A DNA stretch of 30,643 nt, taken from Trichormus sp. ATA11-4-KO1. GTDB taxonomy: Bacteria > Cyanobacteriota > Cyanobacteriia > Cyanobacteriales > Nostocaceae. Below, piece by piece: positions 8,633 to 17,691 of this stretch. Positions within the stretch are counted from its first letter, which is position 1, and each line of letters opens with the position of its first letter. The notes under the pieces are model-generated. The model worked only from the letters and a program-made list of their open reading frames with translations. It was not told the origin of the DNA and did not search any database. The stretch is from positions 1 to 30,643 of the forward strand of contig JAHHIM010000046.1 of assembly GCA_019358915.1 (NCBI GenBank). Reading direction: 5' to 3'. The translations under genes and the position numbers were made by a program.

Positions 8633-10429
8633 TTACTGACGGGAGTTATAGTAAGTTAATATACCTCCCGCTAAGACGATCGCCGCTAATGCCAAAAAAA
8701 CTGCTTGCAATCCGATAAAGGTTTCAGCTAGTCCGGCTAATGCCAAAGGCAAAGATAAGGCAATGTTAATGACATTATTTTGCAACCCAAAGACTTTACC
8801 ACGCATTTCTGGTGGAGTTTCTGTTTGGATTGCGGTCTGCATAGGGATACCAACTAGTGCGCCAAACACGCCTAATAAAGCCACTAACAGCAGAACCATC
8901 CATAGCTGTGTTGTGAATATTGATAGACCAATCAGAGATGCTGCCATACCTAAACAACCACAGAGACTAAGTAAGCTGTAGGAGAAGCGTTGACCAAACT
9001 GACCGAGAACCGTAGCTCCAGTAGCAATCCCCACGCCACCAGCTGCTAGTAAAAAGCCAAACTGCGAGGCTTTTAAGTTAGGAATTATTTCTGCTATGCG
9101 AACAGCTAGAACAGTTAATGCGGCAAAAACCGAAAATAAAATAGTTAGTTGTAGTAGAGCATTACGGACACAATAATTAGCTTTGAGGTAGGAGAAACCA
9201 TCGCGGAGGTCAGAGAAGACATGGGGAAATTCTCTGTCGGGGTCGTGGGGTTTTTCTTTAGTCCTCAAGACCAACAAAATGAATCCGGCGATCGCATAAC
9301 TCCCACCCACTAAAAGTTCTTTACCTAGTCCACCACTACCACCGATTTGCCGCCACAATGTATCGGCGATCGCTAATAGTGGTTCCCCAATGGCAAATCC
9401 CACAATCACTGATGCCATCATGGTTGTCGTGTAGAGCGAATTAGCCGAGAGTAAATGCTGTTCTTCCACCACTAAGGGAATTGCTGTTTGTTCTGCTGGG
9501 GCAAAAAACTGGGTCAGTGTAGAAACTAAAAAAGTTACACCCAAGATGATGCCAAAACCCACTGGTAACATGCCAATGGGTTGCCAATCGTGAGTTAACC
9601 ACAACAGCAGAGGAATTACTAAAACCAGGATGCCGCGCCAAGCATTCGTTGCTACCAGTACAGTTTTTTTCGACCAGCGATCAACAAATACACCAGCCAC
9701 AGAACCAAATAGTACAGCTGGAATCGTAAAGGCCATCATTAAAGCTGATACCCAACCGCTAATGCTCTGATTACTCGCCTGAAACTGAGTATTAATCAAG
9801 CCAATCATCAGCACCAAATATACTTTATCTGCTAGCTGGCAGAAAACTTGACCACCCCAAAGAGCTAGGAAGTTAGGGTTTTTTAATACAGGTAAAAAGC
9901 CTTGCTGCTGCACATTCCCTGACGCTGCTTCACCACCGGAACCAGATCCATCTAATTTTGGTGGTTCTGCTTCTGGGGTGGTGTTAACTGGCAAATTCCG
10001 CCCATTGCCATTTGTCTCACCAGTGGTTAATTGGTCTGCGGATTGGCTGGGAACATCAGTTTTTGGTATTTCCGATGTCCATTTTTGATCATTTTGGGAA
10101 ACATCTTGAGTGGTTTTTTCTTGGCTATTGATCTTACTCAGTGCTGAGTGCTGAGTGCGCTTGCCCTGAGCGAAGCCGAAGGGGAGTGCTGAGTCAAAAG
10201 AAGAATACTCAGGACTTTCGCACTCGGTACAAGCCCCGTCCCTTGTGGGCGGAATCTTATTACTGTCATAAGGTTGATACCCCGCCCCTTGTGGGCGGTT
10301 TTTTAACTCAGCACTCAGCACTTTTAACTCAGCACTCTTCATTGTAGGATCTGATGCCCTATTCTGTTTTTTGGTATAGCTTGGTGACAAAGGCAAGATT
10401 TTTGTATCCAAATCAGACGGTTGCATCAT
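8633..10429 (-). CDS. MFS transporter with long disordered N-terminal extension
   Basis: [10 protein letters not shown] motif A, about 12 hydrophobic segments, [10 protein letters not shown]. Probable start ATG 10429/10426, overlapping the recO stop. Confidence 0.92.
   Translation of the reverse strand: MMQPSDLDTKILPLSPSYTKKQNRASDPTMKSAELKVLSAELKNRPQGAGYQPYDSNKIPPTRDGACTECESPEYSSFDSALPFGFAQGKRTQHSALSKINSQEKTTQDVSQNDQKWTSEIPKTDVPSQSADQLTTGETNGNGRNLPVNTTPEAEPPKLDGSGSGGEAASGNVQQQGFLPVLKNPNFLALWGGQVFCQLADKVYLVLMIGLINTQFQASNQSISGWVSALMMAFTIPAVLFGSVAGVFVDRWSKKTVLVATNAWRGILVLVIPLLLWLTHDWQPIGMLPVGFGIILGVTFLVSTLTQFFAPAEQTAIPLVVEEQHLLSANSLYTTTMMASVIVGFAIGEPLLAIADTLWRQIGGSGGLGKELLVGGSYAIAGFILLVLRTKEKPHDPDREFPHVFSDLRDGFSYLKANYCVRNALLQLTILFSVFAALTVLAVRIAEIIPNLKASQFGFLLAAGGVGIATGATVLGQFGQRFSYSLLSLCGCLGMAASLIGLSIFTTQLWMVLLLVALLGVFGALVGIPMQTAIQTETPPEMRGKVFGLQNNVINIALSLPLALAGLAETFIGLQAVFLALAAIVLAGGILTYYNSRQ
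10136..10337. repeat. Nested repeat cassette inside the MFS coding sequence
   Basis: GTGCTGA heptamers (left), 24-nt element CTTGCCCTGAGCGAAGCCGAAGGG (10160-10183), two CCCCGyCCCTTGTGGGCGG hairpins (10234-10252, 10280-10298) and inverted CTCAGCA heptamers (right). Confidence 0.8.
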
Positions 10430-11324
10430 GGTTGGCAGCAAAATAAGAGTCGATCAAGGTAGCGGAGCGAATAGGGCGACCTAAATGATATTGAGCATAT
10501 TGGCGCAAAATTTGCTCAACAGATAACCACCCATAATTTCTAGCAGCATCCATTTGCATTATCTCTGGTTGTGACAACTGTTGGAGCATAGCTAGTTCTG
10601 TAGCATCCAGACGACAAGAAATCACTGGAATGTCTTGCCAATGGACGACTGTTTGATAACCAGGGATTGCAGCATGGAGTGATGGAGTAAGAGTTGAATT
10701 TTCTCTATCTCCTCCTTTTTTCTGTTCCCTATCTTTTCGCAAAGTTTCCCAAGCCTGTAAGCTGACTGTACCACCAGCCGAAATACTAAATCCCACTCGC
10801 CAGTTGGGGTCTGCAAAGTCTGGTGTTAAGGAGTGTTGAGTCAGGCAACATACTTGAACTTGAGGTGTTAATCCGCCTAGGGCTAAAAAATGAAACACTG
10901 CATGAGCTAAGCGAGCATAAATACCAGATGTATCTGTTCTGGGCAATGCTTCCAATCGCTGGAGATGTTCATTGAGTAACTCATAAAGTTCTGCTTGGGG
11001 TTGTTCGCTTAACGCCTGACACAGGACTATTTCTGCTAAATACTGGCCAGCAGCGAGTTTTCCTAAATCTTTAGCCAGACCTGGATAAGTTTTTAAAGTT
11101 TGTGCTTGTGTAATTTTATCGAGCGATCGCCCTTTAGCAATCAGTAATTCATTGACTACAAACATCCCGCTCCTGCCACCAAGGCTAGAGTTATGCTTGC
11201 GTGCCCCTGGGGCAACTGCTCGAATCAAACCAAACTCTGGTGTCAAAATTGTCACAATTTTGTCTGATTCTCCCAGTACCTGGGTTTTGAGATTAATTCC
11301 AGTTACTTTATAGGTTCTACTCAT
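10413..11324 (-). CDS. recO: DNA repair protein RecO
   Basis: [24 protein letters not shown] and C-terminal YHLGRPIRS motifs; position next to deoC. Confidence 0.95.
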   Translation of the reverse strand: MSRTYKVTGINLKTQVLGESDKIVTILTPEFGLIRAVAPGARKHNSSLGGRSGMFVVNELLIAKGRSLDKITQAQTLKTYPGLAKDLGKLAAGQYLAEIVLCQALSEQPQAELYELLNEHLQRLEALPRTDTSGIYARLAHAVFHFLALGGLTPQVQVCCLTQHSLTPDFADPNWRVGFSISAGGTVSLQAWETLRKDREQKKGGDRENSTLTPSLHAAIPGYQTVVHWQDIPVISCRLDATELAMLQQLSQPEIMQMDAARNYGWLSVEQILRQYAQYHLGRPIRSATLIDSYFAANHDATV

Positions 11325-11430
11325 TAGTCATTAGTCATTAGTCACTTAGTCATTAGTCATTAGTCGTTAGTCATTAGTCATTAGGTTAAGAACAAATGAC
11401 AAAGACAAAGGACAAAATAAAGAATGACTA
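11321..11430. repeat. STRR heptamer array (TCATTAG)n followed by degenerate opposite-polarity units
   Basis: About nine TCATTAG units at 11321-11384, two imperfect, then ACAAATG/ACAAAGG-type units up to the deoC stop. Confidence 0.9.
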
Positions 11431-12108
11431 TTCACCCTTTTCCAGGTTATCGCGCTGGCGGATCAAATCAATACTGCGAGATGTGCCTAATCTAGTAGCA
11501 CCCGCTAGGATTAATTCTACGGCTTGATTGTAGGTGCGAATACCCCCAGATGCTTTAATACCGACCCTTTCCTTTGCCATGTCCTTCAAAAACCGTACAT
11601 CTGCCACTGTAGCCCCGCCATTCCAACCTGTACTGGTTTTTAAGAATGCCACCCCTGCTTCCATAGATAGTTCTGCGGCTAGTTTTTTTTCTGCTTGAGT
11701 CAGCAAATTGGTTTCCAAAATTGCCTTAACTGTTTGCCCAGTCTCTTCACAAATTTCCGCAATCTCTCTGTGCACTGCTTCAGTGTTACCAGCCTTCAAC
11801 CAACCTAAATTTATTACCACATCTAATTCAGTGGCTCCATTTTCCACGGCTTCTTGAGCTTCATACAATTTGACGGCGGAAGTTGTCGCCCCAGTAGGAA
11901 AGCCAATTACAGTACAAACTTTGGTTTTTTTGCCGTGGAGAAGTTCAGCTGCTTGCTTCACATAAACCGGTTGTAGACAAACCGCCGCAAAATTAAATCT
12001 GTCTGCTTCTTCACACCATTGCTCAACCTGCTCTGGAGTAGCCGTTGGCATTAGCAGAGAATGATCGATAAATGGCGCAATATCAATATCTGGATAGTCT
12101 GCTGCCAT
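11428..12108 (-). CDS. deoC: Deoxyribose-phosphate aldolase
   Basis: IDHSLL, VIGFPTG, ELDVVIN, KTSTG, KASGGIR and RLGTS motifs. Confidence 0.97.
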   Translation of the reverse strand: MAADYPDIDIAPFIDHSLLMPTATPEQVEQWCEEADRFNFAAVCLQPVYVKQAAELLHGKKTKVCTVIGFPTGATTSAVKLYEAQEAVENGATELDVVINLGWLKAGNTEAVHREIAEICEETGQTVKAILETNLLTQAEKKLAAELSMEAGVAFLKTSTGWNGGATVADVRFLKDMAKERVGIKASGGIRTYNQAVELILAGATRLGTSRSIDLIRQRDNLEKGE

Positions 12109-12260
12109 CGTGTCTTTTGCCAGTGATTGATTATTAAACTTTATAAAAAATTAAATCATTTCTTATATATATATTAAAACACATATATTCCGAGTTTATC
12201 CCCAAAACAAGCTACTGCGGTGGTTTTGTCTGTCAGTTTTCCGGGATTACTAAATTATTG

Positions 12261-13457
12261 CTAGTATTTTAATTGACATGAGGTAGTTGTAATTTGAGAA
12301 AGTTCAGCAGAATTTTGTCCCCCAGTTGTGAAAAAGTCGCGAATAGTTTGAGCTAATGCCTTTGATGCCAAATAAGGTACACCATTACCAATTGTTTTAA
12401 ACATATTGGTGAGTGACATATCTTCTGGAAGTACAAAATTTGCCGGCAAAGATTGAATAGCTAAAGCTTCTGCTACAGAAATTCGGCGGATTTTGTAGGG
12501 ATGTAAATGTACTTCATTATTTCCATAGCAAGCGGTCGGAGAGTAACGCCATCTGTGCAGACGTTTGAAAGACTTCTTAGAGTCATCTCCTTCATCAACA
12601 GCAGCCAATCTGGTGATACCTGCCCTGGGTTTAAAATAATGTTGAGCATGAGGATGGTTCAACACATTATTTTTTCTAAACCAGTATTCAACTGTGAGTT
12701 CCTGAGGTATGCCTTCAGGACAAGCTAGAAACGAATTTTCTTGGAATGGTTCGCACTTTTGCCAAGGGTAATTAAAAACATGTTCTTGAGGATATAAAAT
12801 CTGTTTTTTCCAAGTAAATGCCCCTTCATGTAGTAGATGAACACTACTTTTTTCTATTCCCATATCATTGATTAAATTATCTCGGAAACCAATAAGAATA
12901 ATTCTTTCTCTATCTTGGGGTACACCGTATTCAATAGCATTAATTAACCGTTCTGTTAATATATAGCTTGCTTGGCTTAATTTCTGCTTCAACGATTCAA
13001 AAAATAAACGGTGTTTTTTCGTCCGCCATAAACCTTTGACATTCTCAAATAAAAAGAAATCTGGCAGATTTCGACAAATTAATTCTACGTATGCGGCCGA
13101 AAGTTTACCATTATCTCCTAAACTTCCTTTATTTTTTCCGCCAACCGAAAAATCAGGACAAGGAGGCCCACCAATAAAACCGACAATATTATAAGACTTC
13201 CGACAATTTTTGACTAATTCACAGAGACGTTGTGCTTCTACCCCTTCAATAAGGTTGCTGACGTCTGCTGCTTCCCCTTTACAATATCCATATTCTGGCG
13301 ATGGTAATTTCAGCACTTCCCGTGAATAACGGTATGCTGCCATAAATGGTTTAAATATTTCATTGACATAAACAATTTTAAACCCGCTAGTTTCAAAGCC
13401 TAAATCGAGGAATCCTGAACCAGCAAAAAAGGAGAAAATACAAGGATAAACACTCAT
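12261..13457 (-). CDS. DNA (cytosine-5)-methyltransferase, apparently solitary (DmtD/M.AvaIX, RCCGGY-type, is a candidate)
   Basis: FAGSG (motif I), GGPPCPDFS (IV), ENVKG (VI), QDRERI (VIII), IGNGVP (X). Specificity is recalled, not demonstrated. Confidence 0.9.
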   Translation of the reverse strand: MSVYPCIFSFFAGSGFLDLGFETSGFKIVYVNEIFKPFMAAYRYSREVLKLPSPEYGYCKGEAADVSNLIEGVEAQRLCELVKNCRKSYNIVGFIGGPPCPDFSVGGKNKGSLGDNGKLSAAYVELICRNLPDFFLFENVKGLWRTKKHRLFFESLKQKLSQASYILTERLINAIEYGVPQDRERIILIGFRDNLINDMGIEKSSVHLLHEGAFTWKKQILYPQEHVFNYPWQKCEPFQENSFLACPEGIPQELTVEYWFRKNNVLNHPHAQHYFKPRAGITRLAAVDEGDDSKKSFKRLHRWRYSPTACYGNNEVHLHPYKIRRISVAEALAIQSLPANFVLPEDMSLTNMFKTIGNGVPYLASKALAQTIRDFFTTGGQNSAELSQITTTSCQLKY

Positions 13458-13487
13458 TAAAAATCTGAATACATTAGCACAATTATA

Positions 13488-14129
13488 TTAATTATTCTCT
13501 AATCTCTCTCTCAGCCAATCTCGAAAATATCGTAAAGTAGCAGTCTCACCTTCAATTAAACTTTTTCTAATCAATTGAGGAATTACCTCTGCTGTGAGTA
13601 CAGAAAAAGTCGGACTTTGCTGTACTTGATTGTAAATTAAAATCGGCTCAGATAAAACGAAAAACTTTAACTCTCTGCCATTATAGCGCCAAAGTTCTGG
13701 AACACCTAAAGCAGCATAAATCGGGTGTTTATTTAAAGAACTGCTATTAATATCAATTTCAATAACTAAATCTGGTGGAGGGTCAAAGTTAAGATTAATA
13801 TCTTGTTTACCTCTTACCAAAGGCTCATTTTGAATATAATAACAAGAGTCAGGTTCTGCACCCCGCCGCATATCATCACGCTTCAGGGTTAAAGAACCAA
13901 ATTTTTTTAGATGCATATTTAATTGATCTGCTAATATCCGAATTAAATCATCAATAAATCTGTTAGTGTTCTCATGCTCTCCCAAGGGAGTCATAATTTC
14001 TAAATTGCCCTCGTTATATGCTAAACGTGTAGCTCGTTTGTCACCCAATTCTTCCAGAATGGCATTGAACGTGTGCCAACTGATGTTATGAAGAATCACT
14101 CTCTGTTCGGCTGAAGTCGCTGTCGTCAC
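13488..14129 (-). CDS. Uma2 (DUF820) family putative endonuclease
   Basis: LEIMTPLGEHE, AEPDSCYYIQ, PPPDLVIEID and YAALGVPELWRY motifs. Probable GTG start at 14129 after GGTGG. Confidence 0.92.
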   Translation of the reverse strand: MTTATSAEQRVILHNISWHTFNAILEELGDKRATRLAYNEGNLEIMTPLGEHENTNRFIDDLIRILADQLNMHLKKFGSLTLKRDDMRRGAEPDSCYYIQNEPLVRGKQDINLNFDPPPDLVIEIDINSSSLNKHPIYAALGVPELWRYNGRELKFFVLSEPILIYNQVQQSPTFSVLTAEVIPQLIRKSLIEGETATLRYFRDWLRERLENN

Positions 14130-14241
14130 TATAGTTTTCCACCAAACTATTTTTTTTAGAGCTTCATGCAAAGACGCTTAAGAGACACTTGGCGCGGAAT
14201 TCGCTGATGGGGGAGACCACGCCACTCACCTTTGCGCAAAA

Positions 14242-15684
14242 TTATCCTACAACTTCAGGCTGCACTTGTGGTGATAAACGCTTCACACCTTGCTTAACAA
14301 ACCCTGACAAAAAACCAATCTGCTGGTTTCGCTGAAAGACGTTCTGCAAAGTTTGTCGCAACTTGTCCAAATTCAAAGCATTTCCAGAATCTAGCGCTAC
14401 TTCCTGCTGTTCCAAATATTCAACTAAACTTAACCCTGCTACCCTGGTGAGATAAGCTGCACTCACACCCTGCACTAAACCACCAGCAACAAAGGTGATA
14501 GCATTACTTTTGAGAACAGTGCTCACAGCTTTTGTAGAAAGTTCCACTAAACCCAGTTTCAGCATCAAACTTCCCATTGTTCCCGCTACAGTTTGCGCCT
14601 GTTCCAGGGAAAACTTCTGTTGATAGATATTACCTAAATCTATGACCATCTGAGCATTAATTGCCGCAGTTGCCAGAATATCTAGCGCTGGTACTGGGTT
14701 AGCAAAAGCAGCCGCCGCAGTTATCCATTGATATTGTTCAATAATTGGGGTGCTGCGATCGCGTCTGGTTTCATTCAATAAATTTTTCGCTTCAGCTTTC
14801 AATAACTTGGCTTTTCTGGCGGTAGTTGTCCACACTAGATGCTGTCCTTGCTGTGCCAAAACTTCACTTAATTGCTGTGTTAACTGCTGAATATCTGGTG
14901 CTGGTTGTTCCAGCCACTCTTGTACAGTACCATCAGCTTCATGCTTCCGGACTTTCTGAGGAATGGGAGAGGCCGCAGTTGCCACTACATTTCCCGGCAT
15001 TCGCTGTTTTAATGACAGTAAGACACTAGCACGTTCGTCTGCTAAATACTGGTCTTGTTTGTTGAAAACTAAAATAGCAGGCTGATTTGCTGCTTTTAGC
15101 TGCTGTAAGCTTTGAAATTCCGAGTCTGTCAAATCACCGTTTGTCAGGAATAGCACAAAATCAGATTGTTGAAGTTCTACTAAAACAGCTGCATCTGCAT
15201 TTTCACCCGTTTCTCTAAACAAAGGTGATGTTTCCCAAAAGCTTACTTTTTGGTGTGTTTCTTGCCAACCGCTAGACTCTAGCACTTGAATTAAAGTACT
15301 TTTACCAACGGATTTTCCACCAGTTACAGCTAGTTTAATTTCTTGCCTATCTAACTCCAGGAATAATTGAGCAACTTGTTCTTGTAGTATCGCTATAGCT
15401 GTGTGATTTTCTGCCTCTTGTGCCAGTTGATTAATCACGGCTTCTGTTTTAGCGATCGCACTTTCCCCGGTAGCCCGATCTACAACCATACCATCTAGCT
15501 GCTCTAAACTATCTTGCGGGCGATTTTTCTGGAATAACCACAAACCACCACCGATAGCCAAGGCACTAAATAAACCAATTTCACTCAATTGCACAATTGA
15601 ATGATGCCAACTTTGTAATATCCACAGAGAAAAGGATAGTCCCAATCCTCCCACTAAAATCGGTCGCTGCAACTTCACAACCAT
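14242..15684 (-). CDS. YcjF/DUF697-domain protein with degenerate GTPase-like region
   Basis: N-terminal TM segments, GGKSVGKS P-loop, NKQD (G4-like), C-terminal NPVPALDILATAAINAQMV. Confidence 0.8.
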   Translation of the reverse strand: MVVKLQRPILVGGLGLSFSLWILQSWHHSIVQLSEIGLFSALAIGGGLWLFQKNRPQDSLEQLDGMVVDRATGESAIAKTEAVINQLAQEAENHTAIAILQEQVAQLFLELDRQEIKLAVTGGKSVGKSTLIQVLESSGWQETHQKVSFWETSPLFRETGENADAAVLVELQQSDFVLFLTNGDLTDSEFQSLQQLKAANQPAILVFNKQDQYLADERASVLLSLKQRMPGNVVATAASPIPQKVRKHEADGTVQEWLEQPAPDIQQLTQQLSEVLAQQGQHLVWTTTARKAKLLKAEAKNLLNETRRDRSTPIIEQYQWITAAAAFANPVPALDILATAAINAQMVIDLGNIYQQKFSLEQAQTVAGTMGSLMLKLGLVELSTKAVSTVLKSNAITFVAGGLVQGVSAAYLTRVAGLSLVEYLEQQEVALDSGNALNLDKLRQTLQNVFQRNQQIGFLSGFVKQGVKRLSPQVQPEVVG

Positions 15685-15725
15685 GATTCTCCGCGCTTTT
15701 TGTCAGGTTTCTCTTTCAGAATAGA

Positions 15726-16220
15726 TCAAAATTCCATCTCTCCATCTTGAACAGGCGAACAGACATACTTTTCTTTACCTATTTCTTCACCTACAGATGC
15801 TTGTAAGATTAACTCCCAAGCTTCACGATATTGTGCAGAACGAGGTTTGCGCTGTCGTTTGTTAGTCTCGACAAGGTGTATCTCACTACCATAATTTATG
15901 AACACATTTACCGGGAAGATATAGAATAAGTCAAGTTTTCCTATATATACCAGCGCAAAATCAAAGTCTGAACGCTTGTATGCTGCTCGAATCATGATCC
16001 GCCAATTTGTTTTAGTGCGGCGATTATCTACAACATAATTGCCAGAAGGTTCATCAAACCAAGCGTGCTTAACTTGAATTTTGACTAAAGTTCCTTCTAC
16101 ATCAAATACTAAATCTTAGGGTAGCCGATCACCAACAGGCTTTAAAACTCCCCAACCACGCTTTAAGGCATGAAAAACAGCAGCCTGTTCTGCTATGTCT
16201 CCTTTCAGCTTTGTATCCAT
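15726..16220 (-). pseudogene. I-Ssp6803I-like PD-(D/E)XK homing endonuclease gene, free-standing, with one in-frame TAA at codon 35
   Basis: ORFs 16116..16355 and 15726..15995 share a frame. Joined they read MDTKLKGDIAEQAAVFHALKRGWGVLKPVGDRLP*DLVFDVEGTLVKIQVKHAW...NYVVDNRRTKTN...DFDFA...YGSEIHLVETNKRQRKPRS...REAWELILQ, closely matching recalled I-Ssp6803I with D8/E11/D36/Q49/K51. Confidence 0.9.
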
Positions 16221-16236
16221 ATAGCTAATCATCAGC

Positions 16237-16283
16237 ATAAAACGAAGCCCTGTAAACTTTAATTTTACAGGGCTTCGTTTTAT
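16237..16283 (-). terminator. Long hairpin / intrinsic terminator downstream of tRNA-fMet
   Basis: Perfect 20-bp inverted repeat ATAAAACGAAGCCCTGTAAA (16237-16256) / TTTACAGGGCTTCGTTTTAT (16264-16283) with a 7-nt loop. Confidence 0.8.
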
Positions 16284-16291
16284 CTTCTGTT

Positions 16292-16616
16292 TGGTGGCGG
16301 GAAGTGGATTTGAACCACTGACCTTCGGGTTATGCTTACCAACTACAGTTTTCACTGCCCGGCTATTCCGGTTTGTGGTCTGGACTGTCCCTTCACCCTC
16401 GTCTTTTAATAACGTTAGGGTGCCTGCCTTCCAGTCTCTACACCTTCTTCATTTCTGAAGCTTGGTTCGGGATTACCGCGCTAATGGCTTCCCCGAGTTT
16501 GACAGGTAAACATACGCAAGTTTCTTCGCGTACCGCCCACTGTAAGACCAACTAATAAGCGCTTAGCGAACCTTACAATTCGAGCCCGACGAGCTACCAG
16601 GCTGCTCTATCCCGCG
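16292..16616 (-). tRNA. trnfM: Initiator tRNA-fMet (CAT), intron-containing: 5' exon 16583-16616, 3' exon 16292-16334
   Basis: Exons join to the 77-nt CGCGGGATAGAGCAGCCTGGTAGCTCGTCGGGCT|CATAACCCGAAGGTCAGTGGTTCAAATCCACTTCCCGCCACCA. Unpaired C1:C72, three G-C pairs closing the anticodon stem, encoded CCA. Confidence 0.97.
16335..16582 (-). ncRNA. Group I self-splicing intron (248 nt, no internal ORF) in the anticodon loop
   Basis: Inserted after U33 and ends in G. P1 GCUCG/UGGGC has the U.G pair at the 5' splice site. Core elements AAACTCGGGGAA (P), AATCCCGAACC (Q), GTAGAGACTGG (R), AAGGGACAGTCC (S). Confidence 0.95.
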
Positions 16617-16634
16617 TCGCTGTTTGACTTTTCT

Positions 16635-16664
16635 AGTATAACCACAAAGTTATAAGTTTGGCAA
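16635..16664 (-). promoter_or_regulatory. Sigma70-type promoter of trnfM
   Basis: TTGCCA-N18-TATACT ending 18 nt upstream of the tRNA 5' end. Confidence 0.65.
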
Positions 16665-17618
16665 CTATAACAGCGATAATTCTCCAACTACTTCTAAACG
16701 CTTGTATTTACCTAAAGTCATAAACTTCTCTGATAGGCTTTCGGCGGCGCTGGGGCTAATCCAACCCATCTGCTGGAGTACGTGGATAGCAACGGCATAT
16801 TTTGCCCGTTTGGCTCCATCTATGACTTTAATGGTCAATCCCATGCCTTCACCCAGCCTGCCAATGCATTGCACGCCTTCGGCACCAGATTTACTTACCA
16901 GTTCTCCTGGAGCTAAACGCATCAGTTCTGTGTCAAATTCTCCTTCTCCGGCTACCATCGCTGGATGATGCGTCATGGCACGGACAATCCGCTCCATATC
17001 GACATTGCTGCTAGAGGCTAGTAGCGCATACAGAGATGCCATTTGACTGATTTGCATGAGATAAGTTGGTGCGCCACAGTCGTCATGTGCGCTGAGAAAT
17101 TCTTCGGCTGGCATCCGCAGTAATTCTGCTACTTTACCCAAAATTAACTGCTGTACTGGGTGCTTGCGATCTAAGTAGTTATTTAAAGGCCAATGGCGTT
17201 GCTGACAAACGGCTAACATCCCCGCATGTTTACCAGAACAATTGTATTCCAAAGGACTTTTCTTACCTTGGGGAATTGGACATTGGAGTGCAGTTGGGTC
17301 AAGGTCAGCGCGCCACAGGATGTTAAATGCCTGTCTTACCTGTTCGATTGTGCCTTTGTGGGAACTTGTAATAATAGCTAAGTCGCGATCGCTGAGGTTA
17401 TAGCGCTCCAGTGTACCTGTGGTAGTGACTGCCAGTGCTTGAAATGGTTTGAGTGCGGAACGGACAAATGCAGCCGTTTCCGAGTTGCCGGCGACGGAAA
17501 GCACCCGTCCGCGTTCGTCGCATATAACAGCTTGGACTACATGCCTTGATTCAATAATTCCTTCTCGCAACAGCCGGACTTCTAGGGCTGTGGCTTGAGT
17601 TCGCTTTCCCATTGTCAT
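16665..17618 (-). CDS. L-asparaginase II family protein
   Basis: RSALKPFQA, NCSGKHAGM, DDCGAP and SKSGAEG motifs. Confidence 0.9.
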   Translation of the reverse strand: MTMGKRTQATALEVRLLREGIIESRHVVQAVICDERGRVLSVAGNSETAAFVRSALKPFQALAVTTTGTLERYNLSDRDLAIITSSHKGTIEQVRQAFNILWRADLDPTALQCPIPQGKKSPLEYNCSGKHAGMLAVCQQRHWPLNNYLDRKHPVQQLILGKVAELLRMPAEEFLSAHDDCGAPTYLMQISQMASLYALLASSSNVDMERIVRAMTHHPAMVAGEGEFDTELMRLAPGELVSKSGAEGVQCIGRLGEGMGLTIKVIDGAKRAKYAVAIHVLQQMGWISPSAAESLSEKFMTLGKYKRLEVVGELSLL

Positions 17619-17691
17619 GGGTTAAATTTTATTACCTTTTTTATTTATTTATTAGTCCCAAGTCATTGGTGATTAGTAGCTAATTACTAAA

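Noticed and set aside
8422..8718. 98-aa plus-strand ORF
   Set aside because: Runs through repeat modules and is antisense to the MFS end; no recognisable motifs.
11321..11384. Tandem array as a possible CRISPR
   Set aside because: 7-nt units without spacers; an ordinary STRR. No cas genes in the window.
12261..14171. Type II restriction-modification system
   Set aside because: Uma2 genes are numerous and scattered in cyanobacteria, and no cognate REase is recognisable. Kept only as a low-interest note.
14242..16292. Integrative element or prophage at the tRNA 3' end
   Set aside because: No integrase and no duplicated tRNA 3' end (att) seen; the downstream genes belong to the conserved block.
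16116..16355. 79-aa ORF starting inside the intron and running through the tRNA 3' exon
   Set aside because: The first 45 codons are intron, tRNA and terminator sequence. Homology begins only at ATG 16220.
16373..16555. 60-aa plus-strand ORF within the intron
   Set aside because: Antisense to the structured intron core, with no endonuclease motifs.
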